Of a DNA stretch of 64,000 bases, positions 38,744 through 50,529 are shown piece by piece; the stretch's first letter is position 1; each line of letters starts with the position of its first letter. This DNA comes from Eledone cirrhosa. Taxonomy: Eukaryota. The position numbers and the translations under genes are program-made. The stretch covers positions 50,468,001 through 50,532,000 of the forward strand of contig OZ024741.1 of assembly GCA_964016885.1 (NCBI GenBank), read 5' to 3'. The notes under the pieces are model-generated. The model made no database searches, was not told the DNA's origin, and worked only from the letters and a program-made list of their open reading frames with translations.

Positions 38744-39240
38744 TTACTTAGAATTGAAGATAGCAAGTTTGGCTTTTACACCTACTTCCCTACTTCTGAT
38801 TACTGAATGCTGAAGCTGGCACGTTACTACACCAGCTCCTGCAATTCTTGCACTTAATTCAGCCGCCTGCCTTTGATCACTTGTGAACATGGCTCTGAGA
38901 TACTTGAACTTCTCCACCTGCTTCAGTGGAACTCCATTCACATGTAGAGTGCATTGTGCAGACTTCATTGAGTGGACAAGCTTCTCAGTTTTTGCAGCAC
39001 TGATTTTCATTCAAGACATACAGCACTCAGCATCAAACCTATCTATTGCAAGTCGGAGATCTTTACCCAAGATTCATAACCATAGTTAATGGTTGGCTTG
39101 AATACCAAGTTGAAAATAGCGAGTTTGGCTTTTACACCTACTTCTCTTTTTCTGGTTACTGATTGCTGAAGCTGGCACTTTATTGCACCAGCTCCTGCAA
39201 TTCTTGCACTTAATTCACCCTTCTGCCTTCCATCACTGAA
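38744..39240 (-). mobile_element. LINE RT C-terminal fragment with local ~140-bp duplication
   Basis: MKISAAKTE..PLKQVEKFKYL..ELSARIAGA; 38755-38890 repeated at 39110-39240. Confidence 0.75.
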
Positions 39241-39361
39241 TATGGCGATGGAATTCTTCCACAGGAAAAAGTTATCTACATTTATGTCTCCGATGTCAGT
39301 GTTTTGGTGTTCGTAGCTTTCATAAAATCAACTGTGGGAATATTTCTCTATCTACTTATTC

Positions 39362-39822
39362 ACAGGGTGACGCAAATGTCATGCTCCAGTAAAATAATGC
39401 TTTGCCATAATATCTTCATATTTGTTATTTTTGTAAGTAAATATCATAAATGTTCATAAAATGATGATTATTTTAATTTTAGAGCTATGTCAGAGAAGTT
39501 ATCAATAGATGAACGTGTTGAAGTTATCTTTTTGTGTGGTACAGTTGGAAGCTCTAATCGATCAGTTGCACAGCAGTTTAATAACCTTCATCCTGATAGG
39601 ACACCTATTGATCAGTCAACAGTTGGAAGGTTGTTAAAAAGGTTTAAAGAAACGGGAAGTGTCCATGATCGAGAACGTAGTGGTAGACCAAGAACAGCAA
39701 CAGATGAGGTCACTACAACAACTGTACTTAGTCATCTTCAACAGAGCCCAATAAAATCAACAAGAAAACTATCTCAAGAAACTGGTGTCAGCAGACGTTC
39801 GGTTCAGCGTATTTTAAAATAA
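39362..39822 (+). mobile_element. Tc1/mariner transposase N-terminal HTH fragment (truncated)
   Basis: ORF 39487-39822 ..STVGRLLKRFKETGSVHDRERSGRPR..SPIKSTRKLSQETGVSRRSVQRILK; CAGGGTG terminus-like motif upstream; no DDE domain. Confidence 0.8.
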
Positions 39823-40642
39823 AAGATTATTGTCTCTCTCTTATATAATGTTTGTATTTTTTACGTGATTAGGGTGGTACGGGTCTTTTGCACCACACTG
39901 TATATATCATTGTTTTGTTGTTTTTTATGTCCGTTTTTCCACGTTTGCATGGGTTGGACGAGTCCTTTTCAGCACAGCGTTTCTCCACTCACCATGTTTC
40001 TTCATATCTGTGAATCTCAGCAATGTGTAGTCAGCTCCCAGCATCTCTTGTTTTAAAAATTGGGTGATATTTACTGATGTCGAGATAAAACATTTCTAGG
40101 GAGCAACTATTTGGGTGAAAAATAAAGTTCCTATCTATCTATTTAGGGCGGGTAAAATCCCGAGATCCATGGATAAGTTCTCCAGTGATCTCTGTCCTTC
40201 ATCATCGTCGCCATGTCCTGCGCCTCCCAGAGACTAGTGTTTGTCCTTAGGGCATCAATATATGTCATCCTCTGTCTTCTTTTAGTGTGTCCATATACTG
40301 TTAAACACTAAAAATATATTGTTTCCTCTGTGTGTCAAAGGTCAGACCTTTCTGAACCTGAGGTTGATTCTCTAGTTGGATTTTGATTTATTTGTGCATC
40401 TCATTTTCCTTTTCTACTTATCTCCCTTTCACACACCTGATTACATTCTATCCTTACACTAATGGGACTGTGGACAAACAAAGGACAGTTATCTATCCCA
40501 CTTGGTTAGTCCAATTGACATTTGTCAGCAAAGAGAAATTAGAAAGTACACTGGTATTGATATATGATAAATATTGATGGAATGTCAATCAATTCCAGTG
40601 GAAGGAAGTTACAGAAGGGGGAGACCAAAGAAAACAAGCTGA

Positions 40643-41050
40643 AGTGATGAGAGGTGATCTCAAATTACTGTTCCTAAGTAAATAGTGAGAGGTAATATCA
40701 AATTGTTGAACCCAAGTAATTGATGAGAGGTGATCTCAAATTGTTGAGCCCATGTAAGAAGTGAGAGAGGATCTCAAATTGCTGAACCCATTTAAGGGGT
40801 GAGAGGTGATCTCAAATTGTTGAACCCATGTAAGTGGTGGGAGGTGCTCTCAAATTGTTGAACCCATGTAAGTGGTGGGAGGTGATCTCAAATTATTGAA
40901 CCTATGTAAATAGTGAGAGAGGATCTCAAATTGTTGAAAGTAGTGAGAGACGATCTCAAATTGTTGAACCTAAGTAAGTGTTGAGAGGTGATTTCAAATT
41001 TGTTGAACCCATGTAAATGGTGAGAGGTGATCTCAAATTGCTGATCCCAT
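40643..41050 (+). repeat. 38-bp minisatellite, ~10 copies
   Basis: Unit ~GAGAGGTGATCTCAAATTGTTGAACCCATGTAAGTGGT. Confidence 0.9.
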
Positions 41051-41117
41051 ATGAGCATGGAAAAACATTCAGACATAAATAAATTGGTGATGGATAGATG
41101 GATGTGTGTACACCATT

Positions 41118-41232
41118 CTGAGTTCAAATCCTGCCAAGGTTAACTTTGCCTTTCATCCTTACGGGGTCGATAAAATAAAGTACCAGTAATGCACTGGGTA
41201 ATTGCTGGCCTTGTGCCAAAAAGTAGAAACAA
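41118..41232 (+). mobile_element. Family-B SINE (5'-truncated)
   Basis: Matches 15165-15282. Confidence 0.8.
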
Positions 41233-41523
41233 TTATTTTATTAACCGTAGTTTACAAGTAAATGTTCTTAGTTCAAATCCAGTCTAAGGCATGTACACAT
41301 CTGAGAATAAGACAGCTATTCCAGCTGTTATATATCCAGGAATAAGACCCCTCTACTTGATTGTTGGATATCAAACTAATCAAATTAACTGTATATAAAT
41401 GTAAATATACATTCTAACAGTAAGGAGGTTAGTGTCGACATTGTTAAGAAATATCTGAGGAAATGATAGTGCAGGTCATAACAACTGTGATATTGTAAGA
41501 GAGTTCCTTTGTGAAATATCTCT

Positions 41524-42180
41524 TCATCATCACCGTTTTACGTCCGTTCTTCCATGCTAGCATGGGTTAGACGGGTTGTCCTGTTGCGGGCAGTGTCTGG
41601 TCGGCTGACCATGCCTTGCTCATACGGGAACTGGTTTTGGCTTGATTTCTACAGCTGGATGCCCTTCCTAACACCAACCTCATTTACAGTGAGTGTTGGG
41701 TGCTTTTTTCCGTGGCGCCTACACATCCACTTTACAGTGTGGGCTGGGTGCTTTTTTGCCATGGCACCTCCACGACCACCTTGCAGTGGGAGAGTGTGGG
41801 GGCATATTGTCTATATGCTTCAGCTTGTACCCATGGGAGGTCGGGTATTCTGTATTACTGCGTGACGCCAGAGGTCACGGTCGTGTGTCATCGCCTTTGA
41901 GAGGTGTAATTGGGTAAGGTCGGCTTTTATCACCTCATCCCAGGTCTTCTTGGGTCTCCCCACTCCGCGGTTTCCATTGACTTCTAGTGCTCTGCACCTT
42001 TTTATGCAGCTGTCATCCTTCATACGCATCACATGTCCATACCAACGCAACCGCCTCTCCTGCACACAGCATTTGATTCCTCTTATGCTCAGTCTCTCTC
42101 TCAATTCATTTATGCTTTGCCGTTCGCGTATATTACTATTACACATCCATCGGAGCATGCAGGCTTCGTTTCTTTCTCTG
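41524..42180 (-). mobile_element. Young 5'-truncated RTE LINE
   Basis: Open C-terminal ORF ERNEACMLRWMC..RRLRWYGHVMRM..GRPKKTWDEVI, followed by 3' UTR and (GAT)n tail. Confidence 0.9.
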
Positions 42181-42339
42181 TGTAGCAATGGCAAGTAGAA
42201 AATATGTGTAGGCTGTTCAACTAAGTCTACCTAAAAAATAATTCCCAGAAAAAAAAGAAGCTAATTTCACACATGTAGCAATATTCATTGTATTTTTAAA
42301 ACAAAGTTTATATGAGTATTATTAATGTAGTATGGTTGT

Positions 42340-42830
42340 ATAAATAACATTGATCTGTGTGTCTGTTGGAGAGAAAACAGTTGTGTGTATGGCTCAATTG
42401 ATTTGTATAAGTTGGATAGATAAAATTGGTTGGCTCAGTTGTAGAGAGATCATTGGTTTGTATGACCAGTTAGATAGAAAACATTGGTGTGAATGACTTG
42501 GTTGAAGATAGATCACTGGTCTGAAAATGTATGTATGGCTTAGTTATTGAAAGAACATTGGTCTGAGAATACATAGCTTAGATAGAGAACTCTGGTGTGT
42601 ATGGCTCAGTTGAAGAGAGCTCGCTAGTCTGAAAATGTATGGCTTGATTATAGAAAGAACATTGATCTGAGAATGCATGGCTCAGATAGATGAAGAACTG
42701 TAGTGTGTATGGCTAAGGTGGAGAGAACATTCGTCTGTTCAGTTGAATGCAGAAATGGTCTTTATAGTTCAGTTGGATAGAGAACTGTGATGTGAGGCTC
42801 AGATGGAGAAAGATCATTGTTCTGAGAGTC
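42340..42830 (+). repeat. Degenerate minisatellite (~35-45 bp units)
   Basis: Recurring GTATGGCTCAGTTG..AGAGAACATTGGT-like units. Confidence 0.7.
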
Positions 42831-43140
42831 AGAATAGTAAACAGAAACCAGGTAACACCCCACTAGACTGGTCAGCAACTGGTATAATGTTAACAATCAA
42901 CTATATATAATTACATGATGGAGAAATTAATATATTGAATCTAGTGAGTCCAAATAAAATTTCTAATCAATTAAAATTACACTGGTAATAAGATAATTCT
43001 TGTCAAGAAAGACAAGGAAAACAGCTCTAAAATCAAATTGGTTAAAAACTGAGCCCGATTTTTGGTAAATATGGTGACGTTTGGCCTTATTAAACCTCCT
43101 CAGTAAAGAATAATCTTAAAGTAATTACCAGAACCATAAT

Positions 43141-43475
43141 GGAGGCACAGGGCTTAGTGGTTAGAGCATTGGCCTTGCAATCGAAAGGTTGTGAGTTCAA
43201 TTCTCAGACCGGGTGATGTGTTGTTTCCTTGAGCAAGACACTTTATTTCACATTGCTCCAGTTTACTCAGCTGTAGAAATGAGATGATTAGGGACTGGGG
43301 TCCCTATCATTCCACTGCAAAGTGGTCATGTAGGTGCCACGGCAAAAACCACCCAGCACTCACTGTAAATGAGGTTGGTGTTAGGAAGGGCATCCAGCTG
43401 TAGAAATCAAGCCAGAATCAGTTCCCATCCCACCCTTGCAAGCAGGGAAAGTGGACGTAAAATGATGATGATGAT
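43141..43475 (+). mobile_element. Full-length family-A CORE SINE
   Basis: tRNA head, CORE-like domain, RTE tail, (GAT)n. Confidence 0.9.
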
Positions 43476-43699
43476 AAAACTTTTTTTTCACCTACTGAAT
43501 TCAAAACAGGTATTCTCAGGTAAGTTTGGTATTAAAAATATTAACTAGATAGTTGTTTCTACACTAAGTTACATTTTAGTCCTCAAAATATTTCAGCTAG
43601 TCTAATCTACACTGATATACATAACTCCAGACATATGTCATCAAATGGGCTCCCCACATGACAGAACTGATAAAGTACTTCCATGGGGTATTGTAAGAG

Positions 43700-44130
43700 C
43701 CATTCCAACTTATGAGGTTTATTGCTGTGAGTAGCCAACTCTGTATAGCAGTGAATAGAGAGGCAGTTCAGGGATCCAGGATGCCTGAAGTTTCCCCCAC
43801 TATAGGTTCAAAAATAAACCTATGTGTTGCTGCTTGTTGTATCCCAGATAAAGGGCTTACCACTGGTAATCAGGAACATAATGATGCCATCTGGCCCTCA
43901 GTCTAATCTTACTGGTTCGAGCTGTGATGGGAAGCCAGCACTATTCAAACTACACTTAGTGATCTCATTGAAAGAGGCATCCTGGTGAGGTAACCAATTC
44001 CCAAACCAGATCCCTACTAGCTGGTATTGAGACAGTGTTGGGCAACCACAGCAAATAATCTCACTAGTTGAAATGGATCTTTTAGAACATCTCCAGGGTA
44101 ATGATTGCTCAATTATGTTCACTGAGATAA
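43700..44130 (-). mobile_element. Decayed, rearranged CRE-clade (restriction-like endonuclease) non-LTR retrotransposon fragment
   Basis: Minus strand FNEITKCSLNSAGFPSQLEP then PDGIIMF..GKPFIWDTT, matching the recalled REL motif; plus-strand QGNDCSI resembles the QRGN terminus. Confidence 0.55.
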
Positions 44131-44186
44131 TAAGACAACATTAGCCTTGAGTTCTGCATGTCAGAGAGGCAGAGCAGGTAAGAAAG

Positions 44187-44525
44187 CTGGCATGGTAACC
44201 TTTCACTGGCTGGTTCATGCTGGTATAACAACCTTTCACTGGCTGGTTCATGCTGGTATGACAACCTTTCATTGGCTGGTTCATGCTGGTATGATATCCT
44301 GCCATTGGCTGGTTCATGCTGGTATGGTAACCTTTCACTGGCTGGTTCATGCTGGTATGGTAACCTTTCACTGGCTGGTTCATGCTGGTATGGTAACCTT
44401 TCACTGGCTGGTTCATGCTGGTATGGTAACCTTTCATTGGCTAGTTCAAGCTGGTATGATAACCTTTCATTGGCTGATTCATGATGATATGATAACCTTT
44501 CATTGGCTGGTTCATGCTGACATGA
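44187..44525. repeat. 33-bp minisatellite, ~10 copies
   Basis: Unit GCTGGTATGGTAACCTTTCACTGGCTGGTTCAT. Confidence 0.95.
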
Positions 44526-45235
44526 CTCTACCATGCATTCACTTCACCATTTCACTGTCTTTACTCTACCATTTAGAGGTTTTTCAAAATGTAATTTCAG
44601 AAGACAAGTCAATAAAGACACAGACAACAGAAATGTGAAGATGAGCGGGAAATGTTTTTTTCCTCCTCATTTTATTTAGAAATGTTCAGTAAAAAAAAAA
44701 GTAAACATTTAAGCAAAGAATAAAAAGATAAGAAAAACGCCAACACTCAATGCTAAAATGAAAACTAAAACATTCTAAGTTTATTTCTATAATGTTGATG
44801 ACAAGAGTTAAAATCCCTTTATTAGCTTTTGAAACAGTATTTCCTATAGTATGAGACAGAGATTAAGTTATACTGAAGCAACCACACACTGGTATCTACC
44901 AGTCAATAGTAGGACCAATAACACTGTTAAAACTCCATGTAGTACAGAAGTAATAATTACAAGATCAGGTGATGAATCCTTGTTTTTGTAATAGGTTTTC
45001 ATCGTATTGAATTACATATTTGGCACCGTGGTCAGAATTTTACCTATCTTTATATCCACTCTGTATCTCCTCATGCATTGAGTACTCCCATGATTAGTGG
45101 TCTCCTCAGACTCAGCACCACAGACTCTCTCTCTCTCTTTGGTATATATATATATATATATAATGTCTAACCCTTGCTAGCAGGGAAAGTGGACATTAAA
45201 ACAACAATAATGATGATATATATATATATACACAC

Positions 45236-45268
<33 letters not shown>

Positions 45269-45271
45269 CAA

Positions 45272-46104
45272 ATGAAAGGCAGGTTGTACGATGCCTGCAT
45301 ACGAACAGCAATGCTGCATGGCAGTGAGACCTGGGCATTGTGTGCAGAGGATATACGCAGACTAGAGAGGAACGAAGCTTGCATGCTCCGCTGGATGTGT
45401 AACAGTAATATACGTGAACGGCAAAGCATAAACGAACTAAGGAATAAATTAGAGATAAGAGGGATCAGATGTTGTTTACTCGAGAGAAGGCTACGTTGGT
45501 ATGGACACGTGATGCGCATGAAAGTCGATAGCTGTATAACAAAGTGCAGGGCAATAAAGATAGACGGTAGTCACGGAATAGGCAGACCTAGAAAAACCTG
45601 GGACGAGCTGATAAACTCCGACATCACACACTTACACCTCTCCAAGACAATGTCACTGGACCGAGACCTTTGGCGGTACTCAGTAACAGAGAAGACCCGC
45701 CTTACCTAAATATATAGTAAAACCTACTCCAGCCAGTAGGCATCTCTAACAAATACACCCCGTCCCACCACCCCCACCCGATCCACACCACCCCGTTCTA
45801 TGTAAAGTTATGTTGGTGCCGCGCCATCGAGGCCGAAACAAATGAGATCGTGTAGGTGTCACGACAAAAAAACACACAGTCCACGCTGTAATGTGGCCGT
45901 GTAGGCAACACGGTAAAGACCTCCCAGACCCACACTGTAAATGTGGTTGGTGTTAGGAAGGGCATCCAACTGTAGAAGACCTGCCAGACAGTCCTATGCG
46001 AGCAAGACAATCACTCTTGCCTCAAGTGGGACTACCCCCGTCCAAACCCATGCAAGCGTGGAACACGGACGTTAAACGCTGATGATGATGATGATGATGA
46101 TGAT
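45272..46104 (+). mobile_element. Young 5'-truncated RTE LINE inserted next to (TA)n
   Basis: Open 145-aa C-terminal ORF2 piece, 3' UTR, (GAT)n tail. Confidence 0.9.
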
Positions 46105-46481
46105 ACATATTTATGTAAATGTATATAAAATATCTGTAAGTGCAAAAAAAGTTAAAGGAAAAGAGTGTTCAATCAGGGATGAGAGCTAATATATTATTTA
46201 TTTATACATGGAACAAAAGCAGTACCCAAACACCTAAAGTTGAATTCACAATTTTGATCCCCCTTACAATCTGGAGATTTGGTCAATATTGGACCTCGAA
46301 ACCTTAGGTAGCAGTTTTGTTCCATGTACATAAATAAAATATACAATAATAATAATAATAATAATAATATATATATATATATAAATAGTAGAATACTGGT
46401 GAGTTATATCCATAGTAGCAGAACACTCAGTCCATGGGACAAGTTTGGTAGAAGTAGTTTCACAACAGTTAATTCACCATT

Positions 46482-46524
46482 ACCGAGAACAATTGTTTCA
46501 CCTTATTCGGATCATCAGCTCGGT
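46482..46524 (-). ncRNA. Minimal type I hammerhead ribozyme motif (mirror copy)
   Basis: ACCGAG-CUGAUGA-uCCgaauaaGGu-GAAA-CAAUUG-UU-CUCGGU. Confidence 0.6.
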
Positions 46525-46563
46525 CTAAATGAAGATTTTCCTTTTCCATACAACTTCATTTAG

Positions 46564-46606
46564 ACCGAGCTGATGATCAGAATAAGGTGAAACAATTGTT
46601 CTCGGT
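46564..46606 (+). ncRNA. Minimal type I hammerhead ribozyme motif
   Basis: ACCGAG-CUGAUGA-ucagaauaaggu-GAAA-CAAUUG-UU-CUCGGU; stem II degenerate in this copy. Confidence 0.55.
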
Positions 46607-47564
46607 AATGATGAACTAACTATTGTGGAACTACTTATATATATATATATGTATATATACACGGTAAAGTGGTCATGTAGGAGACACGGTAAAGAGCACA
46701 AAGCACTCACTGTAAATGTGGTCGGCGCTAGGAAGGGCATCCAGCATAGAAAACCAGCCAGAAACAGTCCTATATGAGGGAGACACAGTCACCTAACCCA
46801 ACTTGCCTCAAGTGGGACAAACCAGTCTAACCCATGCTAGTGTGGAAGAAAGACGTTAAACAATGATGATGATGATGTGTGTGTGTGTGTGTAAAAGGTA
46901 AACAGAAATAATAAACATAACAAAACAAATGGCACAGTACATGGAAGAAATATATTAGTTTAATGCTTGAAATACATATATATATATATACATAGGTATA
47001 ATAATAATCGTTTTCTGTTACTCAAGTTTAAGAGTTTGAGTAACGTGGATCAAGGACTGTCCCAGCATACAGTGGTTTTTGAGTTTTTGACTCAACATAC
47101 GGGTTACTGTAAGAAGTCGTTCTTAGGGTGATCCTTAGAAAGTTCCAAAATCGATAATCCATGGAGTAATTACAATTAGATAAAGATTTACACAGATATA
47201 CCGATATATATATGTGTGTGTGTAGATTAGAACCTCAGAGGAAAACTGAAAGGAGAGGTTTATAAATTGTCCACAGGATCCTTACTAACCAGTTTACAAA
47301 GAGGCTAAACAGCAAACTTAAACAAGAGACAGCTGGGGTTAGAGAGTAAGTCTAACAAAGAATCAATTGACTGCCATGAATCTTAAGTAAAGAAGGCTAT
47401 CAAAGATATAATTGAGATTGTAAAGACTTTCATTATGATAGTGTAATTAGATTTTTACACTGTAGCTTTTACCTTGAAAGCTGTAGGATCATGTTTGAGG
47501 GAGATTTGTTTTCTATTTCTATTAGGTATACCAACAGTTATAGTGGCTCCCATGACATAGATAC

Positions 47565-49250
47565 ATCCACATACATTGGTCCTTGAACAATATGCAGACA
47601 TAAATAAAAACAGTTTCTGTTGTTGGGATGGATATTGTAAACATGCCCAATAGTATCACTTACCTTGACTTCATGACCCTCCTTCATTTGATTTCAGTTC
47701 TTGCAATTCATCCAGGTGTAGTATGTTGGGATGTCAGCATACAGGAGGGATCGAGCAAATTCATCAGTCTGGCAGAGTTTAAAAAAAGCAGTTAGTGTAG
47801 TGTCATATGATGTTTGTGCCAACTGATGAGCAGTGGTCTCAGTGAAGTACATTCTCTGTCCATTTTCTAGATGGACTGCTTGGTTGACCACTGTTGGGTA
47901 GCATTGGTGGATATCAAATCCAAAGATCCGTCAGATAGCTTTATTGCTGGAGATGTATCGACCTGTCTAATACCATTTGACCTCATCCAGTTCACCATCA
48001 TTGAGTTCCTTGTCAGTAGCCATGTCACTGCCCTTGTTGATATATTTTGTGACATATAGTATTGCTTTGACAGAGCTGCAATACTCAACATTGATATGAG
48101 TTTTTAGAAGTTTACACAACAATTTGTTGTGTGGGACTACCCATCGACTGTCTATGGTCAGCTCCTCTCCTTGAACTGTTAGATTTGTAGTACTGCCTCC
48201 ATGTTCTGGCCTACGACTACAATAAAAGGTGTACCCATCATTGTCAGTCCGAGTTTCCTGATTAAAAGCTCTAGAATATAACGTTTGCTGGATTTTTGAT
48301 CTTTCATGCAGGGAGAGGCTGAATTGATGACTCCACGTGGACCATAGATGGTCTTGATGGATTCAAAGAGCTCTAAATCACCATCTTTATCAGGCAATTC
48401 TGCTGAAATGATTTTATCAACATCATCTGGCTTTTTTTTCTCCTTGCAACAGATTAGTGTGTGAGAGTGTGGAAGTCCTCTCTTCTGCGATTCAATAGTG
48501 GTTATCCATGCAATAAGCTCACCAAAGATTCTTCCTTCTTTTAGGAACCAGGAGATTTTTTTTTTTTTTTGCTTTTCATGGAAAACCCAAGCAATGAGAT
48601 CATGTTGATCCTTCGGTTTTTGATTTTGAAATAATTCATTTGATATTTGAGTTGCATGTAAATGTAATGAAGAGATTTGGCTGACCTAATTTTCTGACAT
48701 AGGCCATTGCATCTTGCATACATTCATGCATGTAACAAGGTCCTCCCATGAAGCTTGATGGCAGTATGACTGGCTGGCCAATACTTCTTGAGTCACCATC
48801 AGAATTGATGGCATCTCTAAGGTGGATGTAGTTCTCTACCCTCAACTTATTTTGATTCTTTCAATTTCATATATGTACACCATGAACTGGTTGGTTATTT
48901 CTTTGAATCACAGAACTTGGTTGAAGTGATCCCGTACCATGAAATGATAAGCATAGAATTCTTTGCAGTTGATTGATCGACCAGTTTCTTGTCATGTTCC
49001 TAGGTTGATCTGCTGTAGCTGAAAATGATATTTATCTTAATCATTCCAGAAGATGAGCAGATATTGGAGTGAGTCATAGGCCCTGAGTTTCACATATTCG
49101 TTCTAAATGTCCACTTTGTTTCTGCAAAACAATGTCACATTGTTCATGCTCTTCATCAACGATTATAATTGCAACTTCATCAGTGACAGATGCATTGAAC
49201 ATGTGTTCATGTTCTGCAATATGTAATTTTGTGGGTGTCCGTATGCTAGC
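47565..49250 (-). mobile_element. Decayed Helitron Rep/helicase coding fragment
   Basis: VILPSSFMGGPCYM..QDAMAYVRKLGQPNLFITFTCN, TIESQKRGLPHSH (HUH motif), AVHLENGQ. Confidence 0.9.
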
Positions 49251-49314
49251 TTCTGAGTTTTAGGTGGACACACAATAAAATAATTTCATTTAGATATACA
49301 TATATATATAGATA

Positions 49315-49928
49315 ATGAAAGGTTTCTCTCTAAAAATGAAAGCAGATTGTATGATGCCTGTATACGAACAACAATGCTACATGGCAGTGAGACATGGGCA
49401 TTGCGTGCAGAGGACCTGCGCAGACTGGAAAGGAATGAAACATGCATGCTCCGTTGGATGTGTAATAGTAATTTACTTGAGAGAAGACTACGTTGGTATG
49501 GTCACGTAATGCGCATGAAAGACAACAGCTGTATAAAAAAGTGCAGGGCGATCAAAATTGATGGAAGTTATAGAGTAGGTAGACCCAGAAAAACCTGGGA
49601 CAATTTGATAAATTCTGACCTTACACACTTGCACCTCTCTAAGACAATGTCACTGGACCGAGATCTTTGGCGCTACACAGTAATACAGAAGACCCGCCTT
49701 GCCTATGTACAAAGCGAAACCTACAGTCAGTAGGCACCTCTTAACCAGTTCCCAGTTCCACACTGTAAATGTGGTTGGTGTTAGGAAGGGCATCCAGCCG
49801 TAGAAAACCTGCCAGATAGTCCTATATGAGCGAGACATGGTCACCCGATCAACCTTGCCTGAAGTGGGACAACTCCCGTTTAACCCATGCTAGCGTGGAA
49901 GATGGACGTTAAACGAAGATGATGATGA
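49315..49928 (+). mobile_element. 5'-truncated RTE LINE with internal deletions
   Basis: Homologous to 45272-46104. Confidence 0.88.
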
Positions 49929-50529
49929 ATGAAAGTATTTATAGAACATTTATTTTGTTTTTAAATTTAATTTTCACATTTCCATAATGAAATGTATTTA
50001 CAATCTTGATATATCTCTAATGACCTTCCATATGAGATTCATGGGTATCAATTCATGAGTCCAGTGATCTCCAGTTGTAAAAAACCATTCTCTTTGAAAT
50101 ATGATGTCTTCACACAAAGAAATTTACAATAGTGAAAAACACTACCATTGTGAAATATATGGAAAAACAATTGTCTGTAACTGTATTTTAAGGAAATCAC
50201 AAAAAAAATATTCACTGTAATGAAACAGTTCCACTGTGAAATATGTAGGAAATGTTTGGTCTCAAACATTAGTTTAATGGTCACATAAACTCACTGTAGA
50301 AATTTAATCCACATACTACTACTGGATATCAATATACTTATGATAAAACACAAAAGGTCACACTCATATACACATTTCTTCTCCATAAAGACTAATTAAT
50401 AGTAAAACTGTTTGTCACTAAGTGATATCTAATACACAAATAATGAAAATATAATAGGAAGATAGACAACATAATATTCATATGTTTGTGTCATTAATAT
50501 AAGGAGTACATCCAGAGTTATGGTGGTAA

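Larger units (their letters stand above)
46452..46636. repeat. 83-bp inverted repeat (5 mismatches, 19-nt loop)
   Basis: 46452-46534 is the reverse complement of 46554-46636. Confidence 0.95.

Noticed and set aside
40643-41050. CRISPR-like 38-bp periodic array
   Set aside because: Units are contiguous with no unique spacers, derive from a LINE, and the context is eukaryotic with no cas genes.
43141-43215. tRNA gene (also at 22858, 26712, 60409, 63712)
   Set aside because: A and B boxes are present but acceptor and anticodon stems do not pair, and each continues into a SINE body.
44109-44638. Repeat-protein ORFs (YQHEPASERLP)n and others
   Set aside because: Openness follows from a stop-free 33-bp unit; several frames are equally open and there is no splice or homology support.
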